A stretch of 32,000 bases of DNA from Candidatus Methylomirabilis oxygeniifera (lineage in GTDB: Bacteria > Methylomirabilota > Methylomirabilia > Methylomirabilales > Methylomirabilaceae): assembly GCA_000091165.1 (NCBI GenBank), contig FP565575.1, forward strand, positions 990,001-1,022,000, given 5' to 3'. Made by a program: the position numbers and the translations under genes. The notes beneath the pieces are model-generated. The model had not been told where the DNA came from and did no database searches. It saw nothing but the letters and a program-made list of their open reading frames with translations. The first letter of the stretch is position 1; each line of letters opens with the position of its first letter. Positions 1-6,407 of the stretch are shown here, piece after piece.

Positions 1-444
1 ATCCGGATGAACGAGTATCGTTGAAAAAAGGTCGATCGACTTCACCTCGCCCTCCTCCCCTAGCACATCGATATACTCGCCGACACGGTACGGCTTTGTA
101 AAAATAATCGTCAGTCCGGCAATGACGTTGCTTAAGACGCCTTGAAGTGCCAGTCCAAGGCCAATCCCCGCCACACCCAGGCCGGCGAGGAACGGGGAGA
201 TCTGAATCCCCAGGTTATCGACGGCTACCACAAATGTCAGGAGAATCACGACCACACGGATCGTGCGGACGATCAGGATACGAACTGGAGGCTCAATCTG
301 CTGGCGTGACACCCATGAGTGAACGACATTCCCGATCCATCGGGCCACGAGCAGACCGGCCGCCAGGATGATCATGGCCCCGAGAACCTTGAATCCGTAA
401 CGGATGGTGAGGTCGATTACGAGGTCTGTCGGCGACATGGTCAT
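1..444 (-). CDS. MscS-family small-conductance mechanosensitive channel, N-terminal 148 codons (3' end runs off the window)
   Basis: My own minus-strand translation from the ATG at 444; the ORF is absent from the track because it is open at the window edge. Sequence: MTMSPTDLVIDLTIRYGFKVLGAMIILAAGLLVARWIGNVV...FLAGLGVAGIGLGLALQGVLSNVIAGLTIIFTKPYRVGEYIDV... Hydrophobic helices are followed by the Gly/Ala-rich pore helix and the start of the beta domain typical of MscS proteins. Confidence 0.7.
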   Translation of the reverse strand, partial: MTMSPTDLVIDLTIRYGFKVLGAMIILAAGLLVARWIGNVVHSWVSRQQIEPPVRILIVRTIRVVVILLTFVVAVDNLGIQISPFLAGLGVAGIGLGLALQGVLSNVIAGLTIIFTKPYRVGEYIDVLGEEGEVKSIDLFSTILVHPD

Positions 445-509
445 AGCGTAGGTCTCTCCTGCCTGTTGTGGTTCATCGGTAGTACCCCTCTTCCAGACCG
501 CTACTCCGG

Positions 510-1280
510 TTATCTGGAGAAGACCTCTTTGAGAAGATCGGTCACGCGAGCCGTCGGATCGGTCCTGATCTTGCGTTCCTCTTCACCCAATACATGGAAC
601 AGTCCGCCGAGACCCTGAGAGACGACATACTGATCGATGTCAAATGCCGTACTCTTTACGAAAGGGATGGATTGATACAGCGCGATCAGGTCCTTGTATT
701 GCCGAACGACGCCGACCTCATTCATCGTCTGCTCGACGACCGGCCGAAAGGCGGCGATCAACTGGTTCGAGGTCTTGACCTTAAAGTAGTCTGTGGCTGC
801 CGTCTCGCCTCCGGCGAGGATCGTACGGGCATCATCGAACGTCATCGCAGAGAGGGCATCGGTGAAGATCTGCGCAGCGGCTGGAGCCGCCCGCTCAGCA
901 GCCTGATTCATGCTTTGTATCAACGCATCTACCTGATAGCCGTACCCGGCCATCCGCATCGTGGTCTCCAGCATTTGAAGTTGTTGCGGCATCAGAATCC
1001 TGATCGCCGGGTTGCCGAAGTATCCATTCGACCTCCCGGTCAACGCAACGGCATTCTGCGTGCCGATCCGTAACGCCTCTTTCAGGCCTGAGCCGATCGT
1101 TCCAGCATCGAGCCCGTCCTGCGGGCCTGACCCGAAGCCCGTGAAAGGCTGAGTGAAGGGCCACCATCGGGGAGCCGGAACATTCTGCCCTTGCGCGGCT
1201 GCCTGTTGTCGATCGGCGAGGATAAGCGTCAGGAGGCACAGGACGAGTGTAGCACATCGTGTTCTAAATTTCTTTTGCAT
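510..1280 (-). CDS. DUF4197-family secreted protein (signal peptide)
   Basis: The track ORF is 510..1286. The AGGAGG box (reverse complement of 1287-1292) abuts the TTG at 1286 but lies 6 nt before the ATG at 1280, so 1280 is preferred. There is an N-terminal signal-like segment (LVLCLLTLILA..AAAQG). The body (GLKEALRIGTQNAV...GYFGNPAIRILMP...DYF..T...L...F.P) matches my memory of DUF4197. Confidence 0.7.
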   Translation of the reverse strand: MQKKFRTRCATLVLCLLTLILADRQQAAAQGQNVPAPRWWPFTQPFTGFGSGPQDGLDAGTIGSGLKEALRIGTQNAVALTGRSNGYFGNPAIRILMPQQLQMLETTMRMAGYGYQVDALIQSMNQAAERAAPAAAQIFTDALSAMTFDDARTILAGGETAATDYFKVKTSNQLIAAFRPVVEQTMNEVGVVRQYKDLIALYQSIPFVKSTAFDIDQYVVSQGLGGLFHVLGEEERKIRTDPTARVTDLLKEVFSR

Positions 1281-1355
1281 CGCCAACCTCCTGTGTGGAC
1301 GCGAATGATCGGCCTTGCGACGCGCCGATCAGGCGAAGACTGCGCCATGGTCCCT

Positions 1356-1790
1356 TTAGATTGCAGATGTGCAGTAAGCGCAGCGCGTGGCCTCCAGGTG
1401 AATACTAGACAGACAGTGAGGGCACGACTTTGTCGTCGGTGCGACCGGCGCTGCTTCAGGCTTCCTTTTCATGCGGTTGATTTGCCTGATCAGCAGGAAG
1501 ATCGCAAAGGCCACGATCAGGAAATCCGACACGGTGTTCAGGAACACTCCGTAATTGATGGTGGCCGCACCCGCAGCCTTGGCTGCGGCGAGCGTTGGAT
1601 GGTTATTGCCGGAGAGATCGACGAACAGGCCGGAAAAATCGGCCTTGCCGACCAAGAGGCCGACGGGGGGCATAAGAATATCGGCTACAAAAGAACTGAC
1701 GATCTTGCCGAAGGCGGCGCCGATAACGATCCCGATGGCCATGTCGAGGACATTTCCGCGCATCACGAATTCTTTGAACTCCTTAAGCAT
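1356..1790 (-). CDS. mscL: Large-conductance mechanosensitive channel MscL with a C-terminal CxxC..CxxC zinc-ribbon tail
   Basis: [46 protein letters not shown]... is nearly collinear with E. coli MscL. A GGAGGG RBS precedes the ATG at 1790; the track ORF extends to 1871 with no RBS. The tail reads [24 protein letters not shown]. Confidence 0.9.
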   Translation of the reverse strand: MLKEFKEFVMRGNVLDMAIGIVIGAAFGKIVSSFVADILMPPVGLLVGKADFSGLFVDLSGNNHPTLAAAKAAGAATINYGVFLNTVSDFLIVAFAIFLLIRQINRMKRKPEAAPVAPTTKSCPHCLSSIHLEATRCAYCTSAI

Positions 1791-2055
1791 CTTCGTCCCT
1801 CCTTTTGTATAGTAGCGCGTTATTGTGTCTGCCTCTACGGCGACAGAGGGCGTCGTGGTCGCGCTTTTCACAAACGGCTTTCAACGGCCCCAATTTATGA
1901 ACAAGGGTGAGGCGGCGGCGTATGCAGATCCCCCCAGGTGTCGTTGACCTGTGCGATACGCGATCAGTGAATTGTGCCAACACCCGGTTATGAAGCAATC
2001 GGCGCTTGCGCCCGCTTTCCGGCGTTGCTATGATTCGCAGCGACCTCGATTCGGT

Positions 2056-2556
2056 TCATACTATAGAGATCCTATGCTCCCGCAGAAGCTGTCGAAGACG
2101 CTGGCCATTGATACGCTCGATAGGCGGCCCCTCGGCAAGTTTCGGAACCTCTTCGGAAAAGAAGCCGGTTGTGATGAAGATGCCCTTCAATGCGCCTTCA
2201 GCGCGCACCGCATCGCTCAGAGCAATAATCCGGATGGAGGAGATCGGCATTTCAGGCGGGGTCAGGACGCAACGGACGATGTAGCTGCCGCCGGTGATCG
2301 GTTGGGGGTTGACCGCGATGACGTCGATCTCCCCGTGTCGGTCGCGATGGCAGCCCGTGATCGACAGGCCCGTCTGCTCCAGAAGGCGGACGCAGAGGCG
2401 CTCAAACTGCTCCGGCGAGAGTCGTTCCAACTGTTGCTGCTCGGCGCCCCTGGGTTGATAGTAGGCCTTTTCAGCAGCCATCGGCGAGGCGGAACGATTG
2501 AGGAAAAAGATCAGGCCCAGACCGAGCAGGATGGCAGCCGTCACCAGAATGAACAT
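2056..2556 (-). CDS. Membrane-anchored Mrr_cat-like (restriction-endonuclease-fold) domain protein
   Basis: An N-terminal TM helix (MFILVTAAILLGLGLIFFL) is followed by LSPEQFERLCVRLLEQTGL...HGEIDVIAV...YIVRCVL...LKGIFITTGFFSEEV...INGQRLRQLL. This follows the Mrr_cat (PF04471) layout as I recall it. Confidence 0.6.
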   Translation of the reverse strand: MFILVTAAILLGLGLIFFLNRSASPMAAEKAYYQPRGAEQQQLERLSPEQFERLCVRLLEQTGLSITGCHRDRHGEIDVIAVNPQPITGGSYIVRCVLTPPEMPISSIRIIALSDAVRAEGALKGIFITTGFFSEEVPKLAEGPPIERINGQRLRQLLREHRISIV

Positions 2557-2767
2557 GCGCCTCGCTCTTCAAGGACCGTAGATACTCAGGCAGATGGACC
2601 ATGGGGCGTTAGACTGTAGGAACGCGCACGGATGAGCCAGGCGTTTGCCGAATGTGATGCGAATGATGATGGAGAACGAAAAGGTTCTGGGCGCCTTGAT
2701 TCGGTCCATGTGCAACGACTAACAGCCTTCAGCCTACAGCCTAAATACCTGAGTAGTTACCAAGGAC

Positions 2768-2935
2768 CTATCGATACATCTCTTCGAAGATTCGATCTCT
2801 TTGACCCTTTTTGATCAAGCGGTCATGGCGAAATGCTTGCTTCATTGCCGATCCAAGACACACCAGCGTCAGTATCAGCATGCCGATGATCGGGATGTTG
2901 TCCGGCTGTGTCGCAATGGCGATAACATTCTCCAT
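2768..2935 (-). CDS. Small (55 aa) single-pass membrane protein, function unknown
   Basis: An internal ATG at 2935 of track ORF 2768..3094 is preceded by AAGGAGG (reverse complement of 2944-2950). MENVIAIATQPDNIPIIGMLILTLVCLGSAMKQAFRHDRLIKKGQRDRIFEEMYR has one hydrophobic helix and a basic tail. Confidence 0.45.
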   Translation of the reverse strand: MENVIAIATQPDNIPIIGMLILTLVCLGSAMKQAFRHDRLIKKGQRDRIFEEMYR

Positions 2936-3074
2936 GTAGAACCTCCTTTTCATCGAGATTCTAGCACCGCTACAGGTGATGGCAAGTCTTTTGTCGGGAT
3001 GGTTCAGTGGACGATCCGATTTATTGTCTGGTGAGTCCTGAGAATAAGAAGCCGATAAGAATAGGGGGCGACTG

Positions 3075-4133
3075 ATGCAATGGTCGATATACATCCTCGT
3101 AATCAGCTTGGTCCTGATCGAGCAGGCCTGGGGGACTCAGCCCGTGCCGATTCGGCCCGGTGAAGCCGACCAGGCGTATCAACGTGGCGTACGGCTGCAG
3201 CAGGAGGGACGGCTGGCGGAGGCGATTGAGGCATTCCGATCCACCCTTCGGCTCGCGCCCACGCGGGCCTTCGTCTATGTGAAGCTGAAGGAGGCCTATG
3301 GTCGCGGACGGACCGGCGATCAGGTCGGTACAGAGCTTAAGGCGAAGGCCGATCAGGACGGCGCCGATTTCGTTTCCTGGAATCTGCTTGGTGTTCTGTA
3401 TGCGAAGCAAGGGCGCTGGGCCGAGGCCATAGCGGCACTTGAACGGACGGTACAGATCCAGCCTGCAGATGTCGATGCATGGACGAATCTCGGATGGCTT
3501 TCATCGGAATTAAAGCAGAGTCAGAAGGCGCGTGAAGCGTTCCGTCGAGCCCTTGCGCTCGATTCTGCCTATGGGCGCGCTCATGCCGGCCTGGCAGGTC
3601 TCTATGCCGAGACGGAAGGCGAGTATGACAAGGCGATAGAGGAGTACCGGCTCGCATTAGCGGCTGAGCCGGGGAATTCGGACTATCTGTACGATATGGG
3701 GTGGGTGTACTACCGGAAGGGGATGACCGACGACGCGCTGAAGATCTTGACAGAGGCGTCAACCTTGAGTCCGGACGATCCGGCGGGACGGACGAAGATC
3801 GGGTGGGCGCGGCTTCGGCGGAAGGAGTATCAGGTTGCAATTGAAGAGTTTGAGCGGGCATTGCGAGCGCAGCCGGAGTACACCTTCGCTCGGTTCGGGT
3901 TGGCGCGGGCGCTGCAGGCCGAAGGAAACGACGACGCGGCCGTTGTGGAGTATAAGCGGGCTTGGCGGGAGGCCAATAACGATGTCTACCTCTTGTATCT
4001 TGTCAGACTCTATCTGCAACGCAACCTCTGGGCTGTATTCCTGGCTGTGATATTCACGGCAGGTCTGACGCTCGTATGGCTCATACGGCGCAGACGCCTT
4101 CCGCAGGATCCTCAGGCTACGTTCGGAAAGTGA
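3075..4133 (+). CDS. TPR-repeat protein with N-terminal signal/anchor and C-terminal TM helix
   Basis: 352-aa ORF with repeated 34-residue A..Y/W..LG..Y...G....A...Y..AL...P units (e.g. WTNLGWLSSELKQSQKAREAFRRALALDSAY). The N-terminus is hydrophobic (IYILVISLVLIEQAWG) and the C-terminus is LWAVFLAVIFTAGLTLVWLIRRRR. Confidence 0.8.
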   Translation: MQWSIYILVISLVLIEQAWGTQPVPIRPGEADQAYQRGVRLQQEGRLAEAIEAFRSTLRLAPTRAFVYVKLKEAYGRGRTGDQVGTELKAKADQDGADFVSWNLLGVLYAKQGRWAEAIAALERTVQIQPADVDAWTNLGWLSSELKQSQKAREAFRRALALDSAYGRAHAGLAGLYAETEGEYDKAIEEYRLALAAEPGNSDYLYDMGWVYYRKGMTDDALKILTEASTLSPDDPAGRTKIGWARLRRKEYQVAIEEFERALRAQPEYTFARFGLARALQAEGNDDAAVVEYKRAWREANNDVYLLYLVRLYLQRNLWAVFLAVIFTAGLTLVWLIRRRRLPQDPQATFGK

Positions 4134-4228
4134 TGATGGCGGACATTTAGGCCTCGCAATCTCCGGTGCCGAACATGCTTACGCTGCGCCCCATCTGCAT
4201 CAATAAGAGATTTCTCGTCGTCGCGCAT

Positions 4229-4236
4229 TTTGTTCT
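4229..4236. repeat. Left copy of the 8-bp target-site duplication TTTGTTCT
   Basis: The identical 8-mer sits immediately outside both inverted repeats (4229-4236 and 6220-6227) in direct orientation. Confidence 0.8.
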
Positions 4237-4260
4237 CGGAATTGTTCACTTGACAAAGCA
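4237..4260 (+). repeat. IS left terminal inverted repeat (cargo side)
   Basis: See the mobile-element entry; it contains a TTGACA hexamer at 4250-4255. Confidence 0.8.
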
Positions 4261-4278
4261 TAAGGTGATCTCTATGAT
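4250..4278 (+). promoter_or_regulatory. Sigma-70-like promoter inside the left IR, reading into the cargo gene
   Basis: TTGACA (4250-4255), a 17-nt spacer, then TATGAT (4273-4278). The cargo ATG at 4287 is only 8 nt past the -10, implying a leaderless or near-leaderless mRNA. Confidence 0.55.
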
Positions 4279-4286
4279 TCCAATCT

Positions 4287-5048
4287 ATGGGCAACTTACA
4301 GGCTTCTATAGGGTCCGCTCGATTGTTATTGTTGGGAATTATCAAGCGAGCTTGGTCTTGGCTACTTCTCGCATTTGTGACCTTTCCAGGCGCGTATGAC
4401 CGATACAAATGGATTTTTCCGCACGATATGCAGGTAGCGTCAATGCCATTGTGGGTGTCTCTCGGATTGTTGGGAATTGGGCTGATTTACGCAATGTTCA
4501 TGACCTACCATGAATTGAATATGCAGGCAAAAACCATGCAACACCAACTTGATCCGACCCTTGATATTCTGTGTGGCAACGATCCTCCGCTTGAGGAGCG
4601 AGAAATCTTAGCGGGCAGTCAAGATGTGCAATGGCGTTATTTTCGTATTGGCATAAAGAATATAGGAAGCACAACAGTCGAGGATGTTGTCGTCCGTTTA
4701 GAGGAGTTATATGACTTAGCATCCGACCCTCCCGCAAAGAGCCCAGTTCCTCCCGTGATATTGAGACAGATGAATGATAATCCATTCAATGGACAATATC
4801 AGCAAAGTTTCAGATTGCACCCCGGACAGATTCAGTACATTGACGTTGCGTGGAAGCCAGAGGCTGCTGTGACGATTGACCCCGATCAAATTAGACTGGG
4901 GTATGCTCAAATGTCACCTTCCTTAATTTCATGCCGACGCCATGAACTCTTAATACAGGCCGCTGGCAGAAACGTTCCAGCAAAAAGTCGGTGGTTTTTT
5001 GTAGATGTGAATCAAGATGGGCAACTTATATTCGGGCCTAAGAATTAG
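4287..5048 (+). CDS. Orphan membrane protein (two predicted TM helices plus a ~170-aa soluble domain of unknown family); IS cargo
   Basis: 253-aa ORF. Hydrophobic segments are ARLLLLGIIKRAWSWLLLAFVTF and MPLWVSLGLLGIGLIYAMFMTY. The C-terminal part looks beta-rich (WRYFRIGIKNIGSTTVEDVVVRLEEL...QIQYIDVAW...RWFFVDVNQDGQLIF). I recognise no motif. Spot counts of 60-nt rows give ~42-47% G+C, against ~60% in the adjacent transposase gene. Confidence 0.6.
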   Translation: MGNLQASIGSARLLLLGIIKRAWSWLLLAFVTFPGAYDRYKWIFPHDMQVASMPLWVSLGLLGIGLIYAMFMTYHELNMQAKTMQHQLDPTLDILCGNDPPLEEREILAGSQDVQWRYFRIGIKNIGSTTVEDVVVRLEELYDLASDPPAKSPVPPVILRQMNDNPFNGQYQQSFRLHPGQIQYIDVAWKPEAAVTIDPDQIRLGYAQMSPSLISCRRHELLIQAAGRNVPAKSRWFFVDVNQDGQLIFGPKN

Positions 5049-5056
5049 GACTGATC

Positions 5057-5209
5057 GTGAAGCAACCACTTAAAGCTGAGCAAGACAAGTCCGTCCGCCT
5101 CAAACCCCTCTCGCTCTACCCGCTCACGCCAGAGCAAGCTCTGTCAGCCTTCATGCAGGTCAAGCCGAAGAAGGGTAGGAAGACAGTGAAGCTAAGGGCA
5201 ACTCAATGA
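5057..5209 (+). CDS. Possible 50-aa basic micro-ORF (GTG start) between cargo gene and transposase gene
   Basis: My own translation: VKQPLKAEQDKSVRLKPLSLYPLTPEQALSAFMQVKPKKGRKTVKLRATQ*. It starts 9 nt after the cargo stop and overlaps the convergent transposase stop by 7 nt. There is no clear RBS and it is below the track's length cutoff. Confidence 0.2.
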   Translation: MKQPLKAEQDKSVRLKPLSLYPLTPEQALSAFMQVKPKKGRKTVKLRATQ

Positions 5210-6141
5210 AACACCAACCGCTTGCCGATGCTGCCGCGAATGGCCTCAACAGTGCGCTCACCGTCCGTGACGGTTCGGTGATCCCATCGGAAGCCGAACT
5301 CGTCGCAGTAGCGGTGCAGATGCGTCTTGGAGAGATGGTGAAACGTCCCATGCACGCCGCGCTTGAACAGGGCGAAGAACGATTCAGCCGTATTGACATG
5401 CACGTCGCCCCGGGCATACTCGCCCTTGGAGTGTGTGACCGTCTGATGTCCACCAGTAAAGCTATGGCCGATCCCATAGTAGACCGAGGATTCATCGGTC
5501 ATCAGTTCGGCATCATGCCGCACCCGCTCTCGGATAGCGGTCTTGACCGTCTTCGCCGTGACCCGTTCGACCTGTCGGGCATGGAGCCGTCCGCCACCGC
5601 CCCGCTCAACCAGTGCGACAACCGGCACTTTGCGCTCAGACGCCTTACCGCGCTTGCCCAATCGCGTCTTGCCGCCGACAAAGGTTTCGTCCACCTCGAC
5701 GATACCCTTCAAGAGCTTTCGCATCGGCATTTCGCGCATAGCAAAGCGAATCCGATGGGCCAAGTGCCACGCCGACTTGTACGATTTCAACCCAAGGGTG
5801 CGCTGCAACTGAAGCGCCGAGACGCCCTTTTTGCTGGCGCACATCATATGGAACGCCTGAACCCACTGCCGAAGTGTAATGTGCGACCGCTCCATGACGG
5901 TCCCGACCGTGACCGTAAACTGCTGACGGCACCCATTGCATTGCAGCAGCCCATCCCTGACCTTCAGGGACTTCGCCGTAATTCGTGTTGCTTTGCGACT
6001 CTCGCAATGCGGGCAGGTCGGGCCATTCGGCCAGCGGACACGCTCCAAAAGCATCCGCGCCTCGTCTTCTGTCAGCCGAGCGACATCAATCGCGGCCATG
6101 TCTTTCAGATCGGTAAATGTTGGTGGCATGTAGCGCATCAT
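5203..6141 (-). CDS. IS1595-family (ISXO2-like) DDE transposase with N-terminal zinc ribbon
   Basis: 312 aa. The zinc ribbon is CPHCES...LQCNGCRQQFTVTVGTVMERSHITLRQW. It is followed by VEVDETFVGGK...VVALVERGG....MTDESSVYYGI...H.TV.HS.GEYARGDVHVNTAESFFALFKRG..GT.HH.S..HL.RY..EF.FR, the layout of ISXO2-like transposases. Confidence 0.9.
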   Translation of the reverse strand: MMRYMPPTFTDLKDMAAIDVARLTEDEARMLLERVRWPNGPTCPHCESRKATRITAKSLKVRDGLLQCNGCRQQFTVTVGTVMERSHITLRQWVQAFHMMCASKKGVSALQLQRTLGLKSYKSAWHLAHRIRFAMREMPMRKLLKGIVEVDETFVGGKTRLGKRGKASERKVPVVALVERGGGGRLHARQVERVTAKTVKTAIRERVRHDAELMTDESSVYYGIGHSFTGGHQTVTHSKGEYARGDVHVNTAESFFALFKRGVHGTFHHLSKTHLHRYCDEFGFRWDHRTVTDGERTVEAIRGSIGKRLVFH

Positions 6142-6177
6142 CAGCCCCCTTGTTTTAGTGTTATGTGATCTACGTAA

Positions 6178-6206
6178 ATATTATAACAAGGAGTGTGCTT
6201 TGTCAA
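6178..6206 (-). promoter_or_regulatory. Sigma-70-like promoter inside the right IR, reading into the transposase gene
   Basis: On the minus strand: TTGACA (reverse complement of 6201-6206), a 17-nt spacer, then TAATAT (reverse complement of 6178-6183). An AAGGGGG RBS follows before the ATG at 6141. Confidence 0.55.
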
Positions 6207-6219
6207 GTACATATTTCCG
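6196..6219 (-). repeat. IS right terminal inverted repeat (transposase side)
   Basis: See the mobile-element entry. Confidence 0.8.
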
Positions 6220-6227
6220 TTTGTTCT
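6220..6227. repeat. Right copy of the 8-bp target-site duplication TTTGTTCT
   Basis: Identical to 4229-4236. Its last T is the first base of a TTGACA hexamer (6227-6232) facing nrdJ. Confidence 0.8.
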
Positions 6228-6233
6228 TGACAA

Positions 6234-6281
6234 GCACTATATATCGTAGTAATTAAAATATCACTATACTACATATAGTAG
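6234..6281 (+). promoter_or_regulatory. Tandem NrdR-box-like palindromes upstream of nrdJ
   Basis: GCACTATATATCGTAG (6234-6249) and ATACTACATATAGTAG (6266-6281) each match about 12/16 of the NrdR-box consensus acaCwAtATaTwGtgt as I recall it. They are separated by 16 bp (32 bp centre to centre), just downstream of TTGACA at 6227-6232. Confidence 0.55.
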
Positions 6282-6407
6282 CTATGTGGTCGCGGAGACC
6301 GATTCGCCGGGTTAGCGATAGACGGCGTATTTACGTATATGGCATCGAATAGTTGGAATCTCAGCAAATCCGAGTTGCGTCAATTGTCCCAGGTAAAGGA
6401 GGACACC

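Larger units (their letters stand above)
4237..6219 (-). mobile_element. Complete IS1595-family insertion element (1,983 bp) carrying cargo ORF(s)
   Basis: The terminal inverted repeats are 4237-4260 (CGGAATTGTTCACTTGACAAAGCA) and the reverse complement of 6196-6219 (CGGAAATATGTACTTGACAAAGCA). They match at 20/24 positions, including a 13/13 inner core. They are flanked by the 8-bp direct repeat TTTGTTCT. The element encloses an IS1595/ISXO2-like transposase gene plus a 253-aa unrelated ORF. Confidence 0.85.

Noticed and set aside
2723-2742. CAGCCT repeated three times with a 7-bp period
   Set aside because: It is too short and isolated to call a functional repeat, and no partner or nearby gene start relates to it.
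5040-5210. Possibility that the IS ends just downstream of the transposase stop, giving a minimal ~1-kb IS that excludes the cargo gene
   Set aside because: I found no sequence in 5040-5210 matching the right-end repeat; only a weak CAAGACAAG resemblance is present. The 20/24 inverted repeat with an exact 8-bp flanking duplication lies at 4229-4260.
5206-6168. 320-aa ORF on the + strand covering the whole transposase gene
   Set aside because: It is antisense to a gene with unmistakable IS1595 transposase motifs. It has no RBS and a low-complexity Arg/Ala/Leu-rich composition, typical of shadow ORFs in GC-rich DNA.
6288-6310. GGTCGCGGAGACCGATTCGCCGG in the nrdJ leader resembles the cobalamin-riboswitch B12 box (GGAGACC core)
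   Set aside because: Only the 7-nt core matches and the flanks need an insertion to align. The ~125-nt leader is too short to hold a full cobalamin riboswitch. B12 riboswitches are not expected to repress a B12-dependent RNR.
6339-6407. Upstream ATG (6339) given by the track as the nrdJ start
   Set aside because: It has no Shine-Dalgarno sequence, whereas AAGGAGG sits 7 nt before the in-frame ATG at 6408. The extra 23 residues are not part of any conserved RNR region. It remains possible.
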